Source of the DNA: Escherichia coli
Lineage (GTDB): Bacteria; Pseudomonadota; Gammaproteobacteria; Enterobacterales; Enterobacteriaceae
NCBI RefSeq assembly: GCF_036507355.1
Contig: NZ_AP027877.1
DNA length: 64,000 bases
Direction: 5' to 3' (one strand)
The notes under the pieces were generated by a model, which was not told where the DNA came from, made no database searches, and saw only the letters and a list, made by a program, of their open reading frames with translations. Position numbers and translations under genes: made by a program. Within the stretch, counting starts at the first letter, position 1, and every line of letters starts with the position of its first letter. Positions 10,030 to 21,772 of this stretch are shown here, piece by piece.

Positions 10030-11743
10030 ACTCCACTTCCTGCCAGTTTTTCCGCTTACTGGTTTTACCGATCCCCGGATTCATACTGTTGGTCGGATCG
10101 TTCTCGCGATAAAACTTCTGCAACGTCTCCGGTGCTTTATACAAATGACCGACGTTATGTTCGGCAGGATATTGCGCGCCACGCTGCTGCAGCAGTTCCA
10201 GCATCTGTTCTTTCAACGCATGCACATCCACGCCTTTTTTAACGATGTAATCCTGATGGAAGACATAGCACATAAAATGGCCGTAATAGAGCTTGTGCAC
10301 CAGCTGGCTGTCGATCTCCGGCGGTAAATGCTCATACCACTCGGTGTCGTTACGCCGCAGAGCGATATCCAGCGCCAGAATGTCTTCGACTTCATCGGAA
10401 TGCACCGCCTGATAACGAATTGCTGCGCCCGCAGCGGCGAAACGGTGTAAAAACGCTTTGCTGCCTTCCTCCGGCGTACAGACAAAGAAATCGCCTTCGG
10501 CCTGTTTGAAATAATCCACCAGCCACGATTTGGCTTCGCCCACGCCATCGCCCGCCATTTTTAACAGCAGATGATGCTCGTATTTATCGCGCCAGTTTTT
10601 CATGCGCGGCGGTAAATGGCTGGGGAACAGGTGACCGAATTTTTGCATCGCACGGTCAGTAAAATGCGGACGGAAGAATTTCACTTTCTCCAGCATCGCA
10701 TCGGTGCGTCCCTTGAGATTAAAGAAGAACGGCATCTTGTCGGTGCCTAACTTATCAATCATCAGGAAGGTGTCTTTGCCGTATTTTTCCGCAATATCGT
10801 AGATATCCCGGTGCATATATTCCCCGGCAACCGGCAGATTTTCGAAGTTAGCCAGAATATGACGGCGGATTTCGGTCAGCACTTCCGGCTGGTTGGTGCC
10901 GATATAAAACACCTGCTGATTTTTTTCCGCTTCGAAGGTATCAAGACGTACTGCAAAGACGGCCAGCTTCCCGGCGCAACCAGAAGATTCAAATAACCGA
11001 TCCGGATCGGCGTTATAACGTGCGGGCGTGTCGGCTTCAATATCACGAACGCGGTGGACATAGTCATAATCGTGGGCGTGACGACCATCGTGACGCACAT
11101 CGTCATCTTTGATGCGATCGTCATCCAGCTTGCTAAGGATCTGCTCCGGCGTTTCGCCCAGATCAATCCCGAGATGGTTCACCAGCGTCAGCTTGCCATC
11201 TTCATTTATACGCGCGAATAACGACATTTCGGTATACGCCGGGCCACGTTGCACCAGCGAGCCGCCGGAGTTGTTACAAATACCGCCGATGACCGATGCG
11301 CCAATGCACGATGAACCAATCACCGAGTGCGGTTCGCGTCCCAGCGGTTTGAGGGCTTTTTCCAGCGAATAAAGCGTGGTGCCCGGATAGGCCAGCACCT
11401 GTTCGCCCTTGCCGAGAACGTGCAGCTTGTCGAGACGCAGGGTGCTGATGATCACGATATCGCGATCATAGTCGTTACCGTTTGGCGTCGATCCTTCGGT
11501 CAGGCCTGTATTGGCAGCCTGCATCAGAATAATTTTGTCGGCGGTGACGCAGGCTTTCAGCACCCGCCACAATTCCAGTAGTGAGCCAGGGAAAACGACA
11601 GCCAGCGCGTCGCCCTGACCAGAACGGAAGCCCTTGCGATAGCGGGCCGTTTTTGCGGGATCGGTGAGCAGGTGTGAATGACCGACCAGACGGGCAAGTT
11701 CATTCAAAAAGGCTTTATTATCAGTTGTTGTCATGGAAGACAT
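10028..11743 (-). CDS. dld: FAD-dependent D-lactate dehydrogenase
   Basis: N-terminus MSSMTTTDNKAFLNEL, 571 aa. Confidence 0.9.
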   Translation of the reverse strand: MSSMTTTDNKAFLNELARLVGHSHLLTDPAKTARYRKGFRSGQGDALAVVFPGSLLELWRVLKACVTADKIILMQAANTGLTEGSTPNGNDYDRDIVIISTLRLDKLHVLGKGEQVLAYPGTTLYSLEKALKPLGREPHSVIGSSCIGASVIGGICNNSGGSLVQRGPAYTEMSLFARINEDGKLTLVNHLGIDLGETPEQILSKLDDDRIKDDDVRHDGRHAHDYDYVHRVRDIEADTPARYNADPDRLFESSGCAGKLAVFAVRLDTFEAEKNQQVFYIGTNQPEVLTEIRRHILANFENLPVAGEYMHRDIYDIAEKYGKDTFLMIDKLGTDKMPFFFNLKGRTDAMLEKVKFFRPHFTDRAMQKFGHLFPSHLPPRMKNWRDKYEHHLLLKMAGDGVGEAKSWLVDYFKQAEGDFFVCTPEEGSKAFLHRFAAAGAAIRYQAVHSDEVEDILALDIALRRNDTEWYEHLPPEIDSQLVHKLYYGHFMCYVFHQDYIVKKGVDVHALKEQMLELLQQRGAQYPAEHNVGHLYKAPETLQKFYRENDPTNSMNPGIGKTSKRKNWQEVE

Positions 11744-11938
11744 TTTCCACTCCTTGTGGTGGCGAAAAAATATCACAAACTAGAATAGCGCCTTGTATGA
11801 CAATTCAGCGAGTGAATATTTTGAAAATTCAGACAATAAACTGAGCATTCTTTTTCTCTCTCCATCATGCTTATGGCAAACTACGGTTTTTGCACCATTT
11901 TCGCTGCCACGTCGGGCAACAAAGGAAGAAAAATCCAT

Positions 11939-14236
11939 ATGAAATGGCTATGTTCAGTAGGAATCGCGGTGAGTCTGGCCCTGCAGCCAGCACTGGCGGA
12001 TGATTTATTCGGTAACCATCCATTAACGCCTGAAGCGCGGGATGCGTTCGTCACCGAACTGCTTAAGAAAATGACAGTTGATGAGAAAATTGGTCAGCTG
12101 CGCTTAATCAGCGTCGGCCCGGATAACCCGAAAGAGGCGATCCGCGAGATGATCAAAGACGGTCAGGTTGGGGCGATTTTCAACACCGTAACCCGTCAGG
12201 ATATCCGCGCCATGCAAGATCAGGTGATGGAATTAAGCCGCCTGAAAATTCCTCTTTTCTTTGCTTACGACGTGCTGCACGGTCAGCGCACGGTGTTCCC
12301 GATTAGCCTCGGTCTGGCCTCGTCTTTTAACCTCGATGCAGTGAAAACGGTCGGACGTGTCTCTGCTTATGAAGCGGCAGATGATGGCCTGAATATGACC
12401 TGGGCACCGATGGTCGATGTCTCGCGCGATCCGCGCTGGGGACGTGCTTCCGAAGGTTTTGGCGAAGATACGTATCTCACCTCAATAATGGGTAAAACCA
12501 TGGTGGAAGCGATGCAGGGAAAAAGCCCGGCAGATCGCTACTCGGTGATGACCAGCGTCAAACACTTTGCCGCATACGGTGCGGTAGAAGGCGGTAAAGA
12601 GTACAACACCGTCGATATGAGTCCGCAGCGCCTGTTTAATGATTATATGCCGCCGTACAAAGCGGGGCTGGACGCAGGCAGCGGCGCGGTGATGGTGGCG
12701 CTGAACTCGCTGAACGGCACGCCAGCCACCTCCGATTCCTGGCTGCTGAAAGATGTTCTGCGCGATCAGTGGGGTTTTAAAGGCATCACCGTTTCCGATC
12801 ACGGTGCAATCAAAGAACTGATTAAACATGGCACGGCGGCAGACCCGGAAGATGCGGTGCGCGTGGCGCTGAAATCCGGAATCAACATGAGCATGAGCGA
12901 CGAGTACTACTCGAAGTATCTGCCTGGGTTGATCAAATCCGGCAAAGTGACGATGGCAGAGCTGGACGATGCTGCCCGCCATGTACTGAACGTTAAATAT
13001 GATATGGGGTTGTTTAACGACCCATACAGCCATTTGGGGCCGAAAGAGTCTGACCCGGTGGATACCAATGCCGAAAGCCGCCTGCACCGTAAAGAAGCGC
13101 GTGAAGTGGCGCGCGAAAGCCTGGTGTTGCTGAAAAACCGTCTCGAAACGTTACCGCTGAAAAAATCCGCAACCATTGCGGTGGTTGGCCCGCTGGCAGA
13201 CAGCAAGCGTGACGTGATGGGAAGCTGGTCGGCGGCAGGTGTTGCCGATCAATCCGTGACCGTGCTGACCGGGATTAAAAATGCCGTCGGTGAAAACGGT
13301 AAAGTGCTGTATGCCAAAGGGGCGAACGTTACCAGTGACAAAGGCATTATCGATTTCCTGAATCAGTATGAAGAAGCGGTCAAAGTCGATCCGCGTTCGC
13401 CGCAAGAGATGATTGATGAAGCGGTGCAGACGGCGAAACAATCTGATGTGGTGGTGGCTGTAGTCGGTGAAGCACAGGGGATGGCGCACGAGGCCTCCAG
13501 CCGTACCGATATTACTATTCCGCAAAGTCAACGTGACTTGATTGCGGCGCTGAAAGCCACCGGTAAACCGCTGGTGCTGGTGCTGATGAACGGGCGTCCG
13601 CTGGCGCTGGTGAAAGAAGATCAGCAGGCTGATGCGATTCTGGAAACCTGGTTTGCGGGGACTGAAGGCGGTAATGCAATTGCCGATGTATTGTTTGGCG
13701 ATTACAACCCGTCCGGCAAGCTGCCGATGTCCTTCCCGCGTTCTGTCGGGCAGATCCCGGTGTACTACAGCCATCTGAACACCGGTCGTCCGTATAATGC
13801 CGACAAGCCGAACAAATACACTTCGCGTTATTTTGATGAAGCTAACGGGGCGCTTTATCCGTTCGGCTATGGTCTGAGCTATACCACTTTCACCGTCTCT
13901 GATGTGAAACTTTCTGCGCCGACCATGAAGCGTGACGGCAAAGTGACGGCCAGCGTGCAGGTGACGAACACCGGTAAACGCGAAGGGGCCACGGTAGTGC
14001 AGATGTACTTGCAGGATGTGACGGCTTCCATGAGCCGTCCAGTGAAGCAGCTGAAAGGCTTTGAGAAAATCACCCTGAAGCCGGGCGAAACTCAGACCGT
14101 CAGCTTCCCGATTGATATCGAGGCGCTGAAGTTCTGGAATCAACAGATGAAATATGACGCCGAGCCTGGCAAGTTCAATGTCTTTATCGGCACTGATTCC
14201 GCACGCGTTAAGAAAGGCGAGTTTGAGTTGCTGTAA
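11939..14236 (+). CDS. bglX: periplasmic beta-glucosidase (GH3)
   Basis: N-terminus MKWLCSVGIAVSLALQPALA (signal peptide), 765 aa. Confidence 0.9.
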   Translation: MKWLCSVGIAVSLALQPALADDLFGNHPLTPEARDAFVTELLKKMTVDEKIGQLRLISVGPDNPKEAIREMIKDGQVGAIFNTVTRQDIRAMQDQVMELSRLKIPLFFAYDVLHGQRTVFPISLGLASSFNLDAVKTVGRVSAYEAADDGLNMTWAPMVDVSRDPRWGRASEGFGEDTYLTSIMGKTMVEAMQGKSPADRYSVMTSVKHFAAYGAVEGGKEYNTVDMSPQRLFNDYMPPYKAGLDAGSGAVMVALNSLNGTPATSDSWLLKDVLRDQWGFKGITVSDHGAIKELIKHGTAADPEDAVRVALKSGINMSMSDEYYSKYLPGLIKSGKVTMAELDDAARHVLNVKYDMGLFNDPYSHLGPKESDPVDTNAESRLHRKEAREVARESLVLLKNRLETLPLKKSATIAVVGPLADSKRDVMGSWSAAGVADQSVTVLTGIKNAVGENGKVLYAKGANVTSDKGIIDFLNQYEEAVKVDPRSPQEMIDEAVQTAKQSDVVVAVVGEAQGMAHEASSRTDITIPQSQRDLIAALKATGKPLVLVLMNGRPLALVKEDQQADAILETWFAGTEGGNAIADVLFGDYNPSGKLPMSFPRSVGQIPVYYSHLNTGRPYNADKPNKYTSRYFDEANGALYPFGYGLSYTTFTVSDVKLSAPTMKRDGKVTASVQVTNTGKREGATVVQMYLQDVTASMSRPVKQLKGFEKITLKPGETQTVSFPIDIEALKFWNQQMKYDAEPGKFNVFIGTDSARVKKGEFELL

Positions 14237-14310
14237 TGCTTTAGTAAGGGCGCGACGTTTGCGCCCTTTGCCTGATGTTCATATCTTAATTTGCTGAATT
14301 TTCGCCCTTT

Positions 14311-14346
14311 GTAGGCCGGATAAGGCGCTTGCGCCGCATCCGGCAG
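14311..14346. repeat. REP element
   Basis: GTAGGCCGGATAAGGCGCTTGCGCCGCATCCGGCAG, a canonical REP palindrome. Confidence 0.6.
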
Positions 14347-14487
14347 GAAACGCCGGACCGAATATGCCTCTTAAGTATTTATCTGATTCTGCAACTGAAT
14401 CCGTCCGCTCAGGCTAATCCCGCCATTATCAACTATGCTTTTCTCTTAATTCGCTGAAAACAACAGTAAAAGAATGAGGAAAGCATC

Positions 14488-15405
14488 ATGCCACTCTCAA
14501 AGGTCTGGGCAGGTTCACTGGTTTTGTTGGCAGCCGTGAGCCTGCCGCTGCACGCGGCTTCCCCCGTTAAAGTCGGTTCAAAAATCGATACCGAAGGCGC
14601 GCTGCTCGGCAATATCATTTTGCAAGTACTGGAAAGCCACGGCGTACCGACGGTCAATAAAGTGCAACTCGGAACGACTCCTGTGGTGCGCGGGGCGATT
14701 ACTTCCGGTGAACTGGATATCTATCCGGAATATACCGGCAATGGCGCGTTTTTCTTTAAAGATGAAAACGATGCAGCGTGGAAAAACGCGCAGCAAGGTT
14801 ACGAGAAAGTCAAAAAACTCGATGCAGAGCAAAACAAGTTAATCTGGCTGACGCCCGCACCTGCAAATAACACCTGGACCATCGCCGTGCGTCAGGATGT
14901 GGCAGAGAAAAACAAACTCACTTCGCTTGCTGACCTGAGTCGTTATCTGAAAGAGGGCGGCACCTTCAAACTGGCAGCCTCGGCAGAGTTTATCGAACGC
15001 GCCGATGCGTTACCCGCGTTTGAAAAAGCCTACGACTTTAAACTCGATCAGGATCAGTTACTGTCACTGGCTGGCGGCGACACGGCGGTAACGATTAAAG
15101 CCGCTGCCCAGCAAACTTCTGGCGTTAATGCCGCAATGGCTTACGGCACTGACGGTCCGGTCGCGGCGCTGGGGCTGCAAACCTTAAGCGATCCGCAAGG
15201 CGTGCAACCTATCTACGCGCCTGCACCAGTGGTGCGTGAGTCGGTGTTGAAAGAGTATCCGCAAATGGCACAGTGGCTACAGCCAGTCTTCGCCAGCCTC
15301 GATGCAAAAACATTGCAGCAACTGAATGCCAGCATTGCAGTGGAAGGACTGGATGCCAAAAAAGTGGCTGCCGACTACCTGAAACAAAAAGGGTGGACGA
15401 AGTAA
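14488..15405 (+). CDS. osmF: glycine betaine/osmoprotectant ABC transporter periplasmic binding protein
   Basis: 305 aa with signal peptide; first gene of a 4-gene ABC operon with overlapping or abutting downstream genes. Confidence 0.85.
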   Translation: MPLSKVWAGSLVLLAAVSLPLHAASPVKVGSKIDTEGALLGNIILQVLESHGVPTVNKVQLGTTPVVRGAITSGELDIYPEYTGNGAFFFKDENDAAWKNAQQGYEKVKKLDAEQNKLIWLTPAPANNTWTIAVRQDVAEKNKLTSLADLSRYLKEGGTFKLAASAEFIERADALPAFEKAYDFKLDQDQLLSLAGGDTAVTIKAAAQQTSGVNAAMAYGTDGPVAALGLQTLSDPQGVQPIYAPAPVVRESVLKEYPQMAQWLQPVFASLDAKTLQQLNASIAVEGLDAKKVAADYLKQKGWTK

Positions 15406-15411
15406 TTTCCC

Positions 15412-16569
15412 GTGACTTATCTACGTATTAATCCTGTTCTGGCGCTGCTGCTGTTGCTGACGGCAATCGCAGCAGCGCTGCCGTTTATCAGCTACGCGCC
15501 TAATCGTTTAGTCTCGGGTGAAGGGCGACATCTCTGGCAGCTGTGGCCGCAAACGATTTGGATGCTGGTGGGCGTTGGTTGCGCCTGGCTGACAGCCTGT
15601 TTTATTCCCGCTAAAAAAGGCAGCATTTTTGCACTCATTCTGGCGCAATTCGTCTTCGTATTGCTGGTGTGGGGAGCAGGAAAGGCGGCGACCCAACTGG
15701 CGCAAAATGGCAGTGCGCTGGCGCGTACCAGCCTCGGCAGTGGTTTCTGGCTGGCCGCGGCGCTGGCATTGCTGGCCTGTAGTGATGCCATCCGCCGAAT
15801 CTCCACGCATCCGCTGTGGCGCTGGTTGTTGCATATGCAGATTGCCATTATACCGCTGTGGTTGCTGTACTCCGGCACGCTTAACGATCTCTCACTAATG
15901 AAAGAATACGCCAACCGTCAGGATGTGTTTGACGACGCACTGGCACAACATCTGACGTTGCTGTTTGGTGCGGTGCTGCCTGCGTTAGTGATTGGTGTGC
16001 CGTTGGGCATCTGGTGCTACTTTTCCACCGCGCGGCAGGGGGCGATTTTTTCTCTGCTCAATGTCATTCAGACCGTGCCTTCGGTGGCGCTCTTTGGCCT
16101 GCTGATTGCGCCGCTTGCCGGACTGGTTACGGCCTTTCCGTGGCTGGGGAAGTTCGGCATAGCAGGAACCGGAATGACACCCGCACTGATTGCGCTGGTG
16201 CTCTATGCCTTGCTGCCGCTGGTGCGCGGCGTGGTAGTAGGCTTGAACCAGATCCCGCGCGATGTGCTGGAGAGCGCCAGAGCGATGGGGATGAGCGGGG
16301 CGCAGCGATTCCTGCATGTTCAGTTACCGCTGGCGTTACCGGTATTTCTGCGCAGCCTGCGGGTGGTGATGGTGCAAACTGTAGGCATGGCGGTGATTGC
16401 GGCGTTAATCGGCGCAGGCGGTTTTGGTGCGCTGGTTTTCCAGGGGCTGCTAAGCAGCGCCATTGATTTAGTGTTGCTGGGGGTGATCCCGGTAATTGTT
16501 CTGGCGGTGCTGATCGATGCGCTGTTCGATTTACTTATCGCACTGCTGAAGGTGAAACGTAATGATTGA
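15412..16569 (+). CDS. yehY: ABC transporter permease
   Basis: 385-aa polytopic membrane protein, GTG start, 6 nt after osmF. Confidence 0.85.
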   Translation: MTYLRINPVLALLLLLTAIAAALPFISYAPNRLVSGEGRHLWQLWPQTIWMLVGVGCAWLTACFIPAKKGSIFALILAQFVFVLLVWGAGKAATQLAQNGSALARTSLGSGFWLAAALALLACSDAIRRISTHPLWRWLLHMQIAIIPLWLLYSGTLNDLSLMKEYANRQDVFDDALAQHLTLLFGAVLPALVIGVPLGIWCYFSTARQGAIFSLLNVIQTVPSVALFGLLIAPLAGLVTAFPWLGKFGIAGTGMTPALIALVLYALLPLVRGVVVGLNQIPRDVLESARAMGMSGAQRFLHVQLPLALPVFLRSLRVVMVQTVGMAVIAALIGAGGFGALVFQGLLSSAIDLVLLGVIPVIVLAVLIDALFDLLIALLKVKRND

Positions 16570-17488
16570 ATTTAGCCATGTCAGCAAACTGTTCGGCGCA
16601 CAAAAAGCCGTTAACGATCTCAATCTCAATTTTCAGGAAGGGAGTTTTTCGGTGCTGATTGGCACATCTGGCTCCGGTAAATCCACCACCCTGAAAATGA
16701 TTAACCGCCTGGTGGAGCATGACAGCGGAGAGATCCGCTTTGCCGGAGAAGAAATTCGCTCGCTGCCAGTACTGGAGTTGCGCCGCCGGATGGGCTATGC
16801 CATTCAATCTATTGGCCTGTTCCCCCACTGGAGCGTGGCGCAAAATATCGCTACCGTGCCGCAATTACAAAAATGGTCGCGGGCGCGGATTGACGATCGT
16901 ATCGACGAATTAATGGCGCTACTGGGGCTGGAGGCGAATTTGCGTGAGCGTTATCCGCATCAGCTTTCCGGCGGTCAGCAGCAACGTGTGGGAGTGGCAC
17001 GCGCACTGGCTGCCGATCCGCAAGTCTTACTGATGGATGAACCCTTTGGCGCGCTGGACCCGGTAACGCGTGGCGCGTTGCAACAAGAGATGACGCGCAT
17101 TCACCGTTTGCTGGGGCGTACCATTGTGCTGGTCACTCATGATATTGATGAGGCGCTACGGCTGGCAGAACATCTGGTATTGATGGATCACGGTGAAGTG
17201 GTGCAGCAGGGGAATCCGCTGACGATGCTGACTCGTCCGGCGAATGATTTTGTCCGCCAGTTTTTTGGACGTAGTGAACTGGGTGTGCGCCTGCTTTCGT
17301 TACGTAGTGTGGCGGATTACGTGCGTCGCGAAGAACGGGCAGAAGGTGAGGCACTGGCAGAAGAGATGACGCTGCGCGATGCGCTCTCCCTGTTTGTCGC
17401 GCGGGGATGCGAGGTGCTGCCGGTGGTGAACACGCAGGGCCAGCCTAGCGGCACGCTGCATTTTCAGGATCTGCTGGTGGAGGCGTAA
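16562..17488 (+). CDS. yehX: ABC transporter ATP-binding protein
   Basis: Walker [13 protein letters not shown] signature LSGGQQQRV; overlaps yehY by 8 nt. Confidence 0.85.
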   Translation: MIEFSHVSKLFGAQKAVNDLNLNFQEGSFSVLIGTSGSGKSTTLKMINRLVEHDSGEIRFAGEEIRSLPVLELRRRMGYAIQSIGLFPHWSVAQNIATVPQLQKWSRARIDDRIDELMALLGLEANLRERYPHQLSGGQQQRVGVARALAADPQVLLMDEPFGALDPVTRGALQQEMTRIHRLLGRTIVLVTHDIDEALRLAEHLVLMDHGEVVQQGNPLTMLTRPANDFVRQFFGRSELGVRLLSLRSVADYVRREERAEGEALAEEMTLRDALSLFVARGCEVLPVVNTQGQPSGTLHFQDLLVEA

Positions 17489-17492
17489 GCGT

Positions 17493-18224
17493 ATGAAGAT
17501 GTTGCGCGATCCGCTGTTCTGGCTCATTGCTCTTTTTGTGGCGCTGATTTTCTGGCTACCTTACAGCCAGCCGCTTTTTGCTGCCTTGTTCCCACAACTG
17601 CCACGACCCGTTTATCAGCAAGAAAGTTTTGCCGCTCTGGCACTGGCTCATTTCTGGCTGGTGGGAATTTCGAGTTTGTTTGCGGTGATCATTGGTACTG
17701 GTGCCGGAATTGCAGTCACTCGCCCGTGGGGCGCGGAATTTCGCCCACTGGTGGAAACTATTGCTGCCGTTGGACAGACTTTTCCGCCCGTCGCGGTGCT
17801 GGCGATCGCCGTTCCGGTGATCGGGTTTGGTCTGCAACCAGCGATTATCGCCTTGATCCTTTACGGTGTGCTGCCCGTCCTGCAGGCGACACTTGCCGGG
17901 CTGGGAGCGATTGATGCCAGCGTGACAGAAGTTGCGAAAGGTATGGGAATGAGTCGAGGTCAGCGACTGCGTAAGGTCGAGCTACCGCTGGCGGCTCCGG
18001 TGATTCTGGCGGGCGTGCGAACTTCGGTGATTATCAACATTGGTACGGCGACGATCGCCTCAACGGTAGGGGCCAGCACGCTGGGTACGCCCATCATCAT
18101 CGGGCTTAGCGGATTTAATACCGCGTATGTGATCCAGGGGGCGTTACTGGTGGCACTGGCGGCGATCATCGCAGACCGCCTGTTTGAAAGGCTGGTGCAG
18201 GCGCTTAGCCAGCACGCAAAATAA
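17493..18224 (+). CDS. yehW: ABC transporter permease
   Basis: 243-aa polytopic membrane protein, 4 nt after yehX. Confidence 0.85.
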
Positions 18225-18312
18225 AGGTATAACCTGCGAGCATGACGCCACCAATTCCGCCTAACGCCATAAACAGGAACAGGGCGATGACCCCAATTTT
18301 AGCTATGCGCAT
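18205..18312 (-). CDS. yohO: 35-aa small membrane protein YohO
   Basis: Hand translation [35 protein letters not shown]; its 3' end overlaps the yehW stop on the opposite strand. Confidence 0.6.
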
Positions 18313-18371
18313 AATGCACTCCTTATGTTAACGAAAGGATTGTACAGTAAAGCGCATTTGTTAACGAATCA

Positions 18372-19103
18372 TTAAATGTCGAGTGGGAAAATATCATGGC
18401 CTTGTTCTTGCCAACTGGTGAGTTGCTGCTGTTGGGCGGAGGTTCGATTTTCACCGCACCACACCAGCAATGTACGGCCTTCGAATAGTTCAGGGCGTAG
18501 TTGATTGAGCGAATGGGCGAGGACATCAATGCGCCATCCTTGTTGACTGGCAATCCAGCCCTCCAGCCACAGACGGATGGTATCCTGAATATTCCAGCCA
18601 ACCACCAGCGCATCTTTACCCTGTTTTTTACGTGCCGAAGCCAGACAAATGGCGATGTAGTTGATCAGTACGCCGTCGAGGATCGCCAGCAGCGCCTGGA
18701 GAGTCGGTTGTTGGCACTGAAGCCGTCGGCGCAGAGGAATAAACAGATGTGTGGTGAGCGTCTGGGCGGGGTAATCCTGACCGCGCTCTTTGATCCACGT
18801 TCGCAGGCTATGCAGATTGCCGCTTTGCAGGTAGGTCAGTAATGTTTCTTGCTGATCGCGCCAGCCGTTCTGCACATCAACATTTTCATTACTGAGCAGC
18901 ATTTTAACTTTGCTGACCTGCACGCCGTTGTCGATCCAGCGTTTGATCTCGCGGATACGGTCAATATCGGCATCGTTGAACAGCCGATGACCGCCGTCTG
19001 TCCGTTGCGATTTCAGCAATCCGTAACGCCTCTGCCACGCGCGTAACGTGACAGGGTTAATATCACAAAGCAACGCCACTTCACCAATTGTGTAAAGCGC
19101 CAT
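18372..19103 (-). CDS. mlrA: MerR-family transcriptional regulator (curli/csgD activator)
   Basis: N-terminal MerR HTH MALYTIGEVALLCDINPVTLRAWQRRYGL, 243 aa. Confidence 0.85.
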   Translation of the reverse strand: MALYTIGEVALLCDINPVTLRAWQRRYGLLKSQRTDGGHRLFNDADIDRIREIKRWIDNGVQVSKVKMLLSNENVDVQNGWRDQQETLLTYLQSGNLHSLRTWIKERGQDYPAQTLTTHLFIPLRRRLQCQQPTLQALLAILDGVLINYIAICLASARKKQGKDALVVGWNIQDTIRLWLEGWIASQQGWRIDVLAHSLNQLRPELFEGRTLLVWCGENRTSAQQQQLTSWQEQGHDIFPLDI

Positions 19104-19324
19104 CGTCTCACCCTTGCTCGCGAGGTCCCAGTTTAACTTTAGACGCAGTTTTGCGAACCAGGTAGTTTTGCCCGTTTTTTGTGCATTTATAGGGTGATTT
19201 TATTTTTGCCAGGCGATTTTGAGTGATCGTACTCACGAATTCTCATTTTTCTGCAAGAGTTCAAAGAAAGTTAAACGCAGGCAATGTATGTTACGCGTTT
19301 TAAAGGGAAGTGTGGTTTGCGGGT

Positions 19325-21010
19325 ATGTACGATTTTAATCTGGTGTTGCTGCTGCTTCAGCAGATGTGCGTTTTTTTAGTCATTGCGTGGTTAATGAGTA
19401 AAACGCCATTATTCATACCGTTAATGCAGGTCACGGTTCGTCTGCCGCATAAATTTCTCTGCTACATCGTCTTTTCCATCTTCTGCATCATGGGCACCTG
19501 GTTTGGGTTGCACATTGACGATTCTATTGCCAATACCCGTGCGATAGGCGCGGTAATGGGCGGCTTACTCGGCGGTCCGGTCGTCGGTGGGCTGGTTGGC
19601 CTAACCGGCGGGTTACATCGATATTCGATGGGGGGCATGACCGCGCTAAGTTGCATGATCTCGACCATCGTTGAAGGATTGCTCGGCGGCCTGGTACACA
19701 GCATCCTGATCCGTCGCGGGCGCACTGATAAAGTCTTTAACCCCATTACCGCCGGTGCCGTCACGTTCGTCGCTGAAATGGTGCAAATGTTGATCATCCT
19801 GGCGATCGCCCGACCTTATGAAGATGCGGTGCGTCTGGTGAGTAATATTGCTGCGCCAATGATGGTCACCAATACCGTCGGCGCGGCGCTGTTTATGCGT
19901 ATATTGCTCGATAAACGCGCGATGTTTGAAAAATACACTTCAGCTTTTTCTGCCACTGCGCTGAAAGTGGCGGCCTCGACGGAAGGCATTTTGCGCCAGG
20001 GGTTTAACGAAGTGAACAGCATGAAAGTGGCACAGGTGCTGTATCAGGAGCTGGATATTGGTGCAGTCGCGATTACCGATCGAGAGAAATTGCTGGCCTT
20101 TACCGGAATTGGTGACGACCACCATTTACCCGGCAAACCGATTTCTTCGACTTACACCTTAAAAGCGATTGAAACCGGTGAAGTGGTCTACGCTGATGGC
20201 AACGAAGTACCTTATCGTTGCTCTTTGCATCCGCAATGCAAATTGGGGTCGACGCTGGTAATTCCGTTGCGTGGTGAAAATCAGCGGGTGATGGGCACCA
20301 TCAAATTGTATGAAGCCAAAAACCGTTTATTCAGTTCAATCAACCGCACGTTGGGTGAGGGGATTGCGCAATTGCTTTCGGCGCAGATCCTTGCCGGGCA
20401 ATATGAGCGGCAAAAAGCGATGCTCACCCAGTCAGAGATCAAACTGCTTCACGCCCAGGTGAATCCCCATTTTTTGTTTAATGCGCTTAACACCATTAAA
20501 GCGGTGATCCGCCGCGACAGCGAACAGGCCAGCCAGCTGGTGCAGTATCTTTCCACTTTTTTCCGCAAAAACTTAAAGCGGCCTTCGGAGTTTGTTACTC
20601 TCGCCGACGAAATTGAACATGTGAACGCTTATCTGCAAATTGAAAAGGCGCGCTTCCAGTCGCGGTTGCAGGTCAACATTGCTATTCCGCAAGAATTATC
20701 CCAGCAGCAATTGCCCGCGTTTACCCTGCAACCGATAGTGGAAAACGCCATTAAACATGGGACATCACAACTGCTGGATACAGGGCGAGTGGCAATCAGC
20801 GCCCGACGTGAGGGGCAACATTTAATGCTGGAGATCGAAGACAATGCCGGTTTGTATCAACCGGTAACCAATGCCAGTGGGCTGGGGATGAATCTGGTGG
20901 ATAAGCGTTTACGTGAACGGTTTGGCGATGACTATGGGATAAGCGTCGCCTGTGAGCCTGATAGTTACACCCGAATAACGTTACGACTACCATGGAGGGA
21001 CGAGGCATGA
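19325..21010 (+). CDS. btsS: LytS-family sensor histidine kinase (pyruvate-responsive two-component system)
   Basis: N-terminus [17 protein letters not shown], 5TM-LYT membrane region, histidine kinase [10 protein letters not shown] motif, 561 aa. Confidence 0.85.
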
Positions 21011-21726
21011 TTAAAGTCTTAATTGTCGATGATGAACCGTTAGCACGGGAGAACCTGCGCGTATTTTTGCAGGAGCAGAGCGATATTGAAATCGTTGGAG
21101 AGTGTTCAAACGCCGTGGAAGGGATCGGCGCGGTGCATAAACTGCGCCCGGATGTGCTGTTTCTCGATATCCAGATGCCGCGCATCAGTGGTCTGGAAAT
21201 GGTGGGGATGCTTGACCCGGAACATCGCCCGTATATCGTTTTTCTCACCGCGTTTGACGAATACGCTATTAAAGCCTTTGAAGAACATGCCTTTGATTAT
21301 CTGCTGAAGCCAATTGATGAAGCGCGACTGGAGAAAACGCTGGCGCGATTGCGTCAGGAGCGCAGCAAGCAGGATGTTTCGTTGTTACCGGAAAATCAAC
21401 AGGCGCTGAAATTTATCCCTTGTACGGGGCATAGTCGGATTTATTTGCTGCAAATGAAAGATGTGGCATTTGTCAGCAGTCGGATGAGCGGTGTCTACGT
21501 TACCAGCCACGAAGGGAAAGAGGGCTTTACCGAATTGACATTACGTACCCTGGAAAGTCGTACACCACTACTGCGCTGCCATCGTCAGTATCTGGTTAAC
21601 CTCGCGCATTTACAGGAGATTCGTCTGGAAGATAACGGCCAGGCCGAGTTGATTTTGCGTAATGGCTTAACCGTGCCGGTCAGCCGCCGTTATCTGAAAA
21701 GCTTAAAAGAGGCGATTGGCCTGTAA
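21007..21726 (+). CDS. btsR: LytTR-family response regulator
   Basis: N-terminus [16 protein letters not shown] (receiver domain), C-terminal LytTR; start overlaps btsS stop (ATGA). Confidence 0.85.
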
Positions 21727-21772
21727 AAGACTGCTAAAATGGCTTTTTGCCTCATCAACACCTGAAGGCCTC

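Noticed and set aside
13151-14143. 330-aa ORF antisense to bglX
   Set aside because: Lies entirely inside the well-supported bglX gene on the opposite strand; Arg/His-rich composition typical of antisense frames of GC-rich genes.
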